The notes under the pieces were generated by a model. The model saw only the letters and a program-made list of their open reading frames with translations. It was not told the origin of the DNA and did not search any database. A stretch of DNA of 24,891 bases from a virus. Its lineage: Duplodnaviria; Caudoviricetes. Of the stretch, positions 22,581 through 24,891 are shown piece after piece. Each line of letters starts with the position of its first letter. Position 1 is the stretch's first letter. Location of the stretch: positions 1-24,891 of the IMG/VR virus record IMGVR_UViG_3300005512_000310. One strand, written 5' to 3'. Both the position numbers and the translations under genes were made by a program.

Positions 22581-22921
22581 CACGAGCACTCCGCGGCAAT
22601 CGCATACCACGCCGTGCCGTCTTTGGCGATTCCGACGTGCTTGATAACAGTCGTTGACGTCGAGCCGCTGATGTTGGCAAACACGTTGTACGCTGATACC
22701 GTGTTGGGCGTGTTTGTCACGTTGAGAAAAGTGCAGACTTTTTGGGTGTCAATGTCCCATGAACCGGTGAAAGTACACATGCGGAAGACTTTGCCACCGC
22801 CCCCAACCGTCCGCGGAGCCGGCGGCCGCCATCCCGTGTCGCGGTTGCCGGCCTCGACAGTCCGCACCACCTTGGCGATGCGCTCGGCACTTCCGGGCGT
22901 GAAGGTGACGCGGTCTGCCAC
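22580..22921 (-). CDS. Putative minor tail protein
   Basis: 113 aa, located in the tail operon. Confidence 0.6.
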   Translation of the reverse strand: MADRVTFTPGSAERIAKVVRTVEAGNRDTGWRPPAPRTVGGGGKVFRMCTFTGSWDIDTQKVCTFLNVTNTPNTVSAYNVFANISGSTSTTVIKHVGIAKDGTAWYAIAAECS

Positions 22922-22923
22922 GC

Positions 22924-23379
22924 TCAGTCTCCGATGACGAGCACCTGGACGCTGCAGGTGGCCGCGGTGGTGGTCGAGCGAATGTCGTAGCTGTTTTGGC
23001 TCCGCACGGGCACGATGGCCGCCTGACCCGGCCCGAGCTGTGCAAACGACGTCAGTGACGCCTCGGTCGTGTTGCTGGCACTGACGATGGCAGACGAGAC
23101 GGTGCTATTTCCTGCGTCCTGAATGTAGAGGTAAGCGTTAGTCGCCGTTCCGAACGTCGTCGGTGCGAGAATGGTCACGGAGTTAGTGTTCGCCGTAAAG
23201 CACTCAGCCACTACGCCTGCGACATTCGATGTGCCAAACGCGGCCAGCGACACCTGCAGTTTTGGCGGCGTCTGTGATGCGTTGCCTCCTGAGCAGAAGT
23301 CGATGTCGTAGTCGCCGCTCGAGACGGCAGGGAGCTCCTTGTCGACGGTAGCACGGACGCTGTAGGAAAACTCTGCCAT
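22924..23379 (-). CDS. Putative virion protein (beta-rich)
   Basis: 151 aa, S/T/A-rich, located in the tail operon. Confidence 0.6.
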   Translation of the reverse strand: MAEFSYSVRATVDKELPAVSSGDYDIDFCSGGNASQTPPKLQVSLAAFGTSNVAGVVAECFTANTNSVTILAPTTFGTATNAYLYIQDAGNSTVSSAIVSASNTTEASLTSFAQLGPGQAAIVPVRSQNSYDIRSTTTAATCSVQVLVIGD

Positions 23380-23386
23380 GTGTCAC

Positions 23387-24253
23387 CTAGTACCAGTTGG
23401 GTGTACCAAAGAATGAGCTAAACGCCACCTCGGGATTGACGCGGCGGTCGAGGATGTCGGGCAGGCTGCCGGCGGCCTTGAGGCTGCCGTCGCTGTTGAG
23501 GGCGACGGGACTCGACGACGGAACCTCTTCGTTGTTGTCGTTCAAAACAGTAGCCTGTTTCTTGTCACTGCCGTCGAGGTAGTGGTAGCCAACGTCCGGC
23601 AGCTGCAGGTTCCACCCGGTCTGCCGAAAGGCTAGCTCAATCGTCACGGTCCAGTAGTTGATCTCGACGTCGTTGACGACCTCGCTCTGCTGTTGGCCGC
23701 CGATGCCAACGCACTTCCACTGATGGGCTGACGCACCCAGGTAGCTATCGCTGTTTACGGTGTTAGTAACCGCAATGGCGGTAGCCAACGGAAATGTAGG
23801 CCGATTGCCATTTATGGTCGCACGACACTCAGCGGAATCCGTGGTAACACCCTCGAAATAATCGAAAGCTGAATTGACCAGCGGCTTTTGCGTCGCGCCG
23901 TCGTAGTAGAACAACGCAGGCACAGCGGCCCCGCTCGTCGAGAAACTCCAGATGTCCGGCCTGGCCAACGGGTTGGGGTCTCGCTCATCGGGCTCCAGGA
24001 GCTCGTAGCGGTACGTGACCTCGGCATGGAAAGGCGTCGGCGTGCCCTCGGTGACCTGGGCCTCAGTCATCACCAGAAACGGGTATTCTGGGTGCGGAGA
24101 GCCGTGGAAGATGCCGAGGACGTTGGCAATCTCTTGGACTGTCGGCGCGGTGTTGTCGAGCGTCAGGACGAACTTGAGCTCTGCCGTTGGGGCCTCGCCG
24201 AAGCGGTGCGTAAAGCTGCGGCCGACAACCTCGCGAAATGAAATGACGGTCAT
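23387..24253 (-). CDS. Putative tail tip/distal tail protein
   Basis: 288 aa, ATGA-coupled immediately after the tape-measure-like gene. Confidence 0.6.
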   Translation of the reverse strand: MTVISFREVVGRSFTHRFGEAPTAELKFVLTLDNTAPTVQEIANVLGIFHGSPHPEYPFLVMTEAQVTEGTPTPFHAEVTYRYELLEPDERDPNPLARPDIWSFSTSGAAVPALFYYDGATQKPLVNSAFDYFEGVTTDSAECRATINGNRPTFPLATAIAVTNTVNSDSYLGASAHQWKCVGIGGQQQSEVVNDVEINYWTVTIELAFRQTGWNLQLPDVGYHYLDGSDKKQATVLNDNNEEVPSSSPVALNSDGSLKAAGSLPDILDRRVNPEVAFSSFFGTPNWY

Positions 24254-24891
24254 CCGGCCCTCCCGGCACCGCCAAGGATCGCAACGGGCTGGGCAGCGTT
24301 GCGACGTTGCTGCTCAGTGTTGCGGTTGACGGCGTCAACAACGTCGGCGTTGGTGTCGCCCTCGGCGACAGTCTGGCCCGCGACGTTGGGTGCGTCAGGC
24401 TGGGCGTTTACGAGCGAGATGCCGTCTTGAATGCCTGCACTCAGGTCGGCGAAAAACCTCGCCGTCGTGGCACGGATTCCGCCGCTGCCGGATTCCAACT
24501 CTTCAAGACGACGACGATCTGCAGGCGACAACTCTCCGCCTAGCCGGTCGAGAGCCAAGGAGGCACCGCGTCGGTCGCGGCCGGACGATGCGTCGCGTCT
24601 TGCCTCGGCGTCGCGTCGTGCCCGCAACTGGTCGAGCTCGCGTTCATCTTCGGTCTGAAGATCAACGCCGGGAATCATGTCAATCGCTTTGCGGATATTG
24701 TCGGCAACGGAAATGATGGTATCGACGATAAATGCCAGTCCCGCCAAGAAGTTGTCCGCAAACGTCAGCAATGCCTCAGCCAAAAACTTGCCGATGTTCT
24801 CGACGCCCATGCCTTTGATAATTTCTTGAATCTTCTCAGCAAATGACGTCACGACCGGCGCAAGCGCAGACGTCACTTGGTTCACGACGTT
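24250..24891 (-). CDS. Tail tape measure protein, C-terminal part (5'-truncated)
   Basis: Frame open to the window edge; amphipathic helical sequence; position at the head of the tail-tip genes. Confidence 0.65.
   Translation of the reverse strand, partial: NVVNQVTSALAPVVTSFAEKIQEIIKGMGVENIGKFLAEALLTFADNFLAGLAFIVDTIISVADNIRKAIDMIPGVDLQTEDERELDQLRARRDAEARRDASSGRDRRGASLALDRLGGELSPADRRRLEELESGSGGIRATTARFFADLSAGIQDGISLVNAQPDAPNVAGQTVAEGDTNADVVDAVNRNTEQQRRNAAQPVAILGGAGRAG

Overview
About 25 kb of a GC-rich temperate tailed phage or prophage (Caudoviricetes). Nearly all genes lie on the minus strand and are tightly coupled; the tyrosine integrase is the only plus-strand gene. Right to left, the window holds: the tape-measure C-terminus and tail genes; a low-GC beta-solenoid repeat protein; a HEXXH / metallophosphoesterase / Nmad1 block; the integrase and a divergent HTH gene; and an early operon (23-aa peptide, small ORFs, Sak4-like ATPase, SSB). 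It continues with a tRNA-Met-like element, a low-GC two-gene insert, a primase-helicase, an HTH initiator carrying seven 22-bp iterons, and a beta clamp. It ends with an HTH/NUMOD3/PD-(D/E)XK nuclease, FkbM methyltransferase plus glycosyltransferase, a membrane/lipoprotein/papain-like block with no classical endolysin, small accessory ORFs, a trypsin-like protease, and an HNH gene cut by the left edge. The most interesting non-coding signals are: (i) canonical CsrA/RsmA-type ANGGAN hairpins in the early operon, one over the Shine-Dalgarno of its first gene and a 7-GGA array upstream of the recombinase; (ii) a tRNA-fMet-like RNA with an intact 3' half but a replaced D-arm; (iii) the iteron origin. 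A Planctomycetota-like host is only my impression from gene content. All calls were made by eye, with no database searches.
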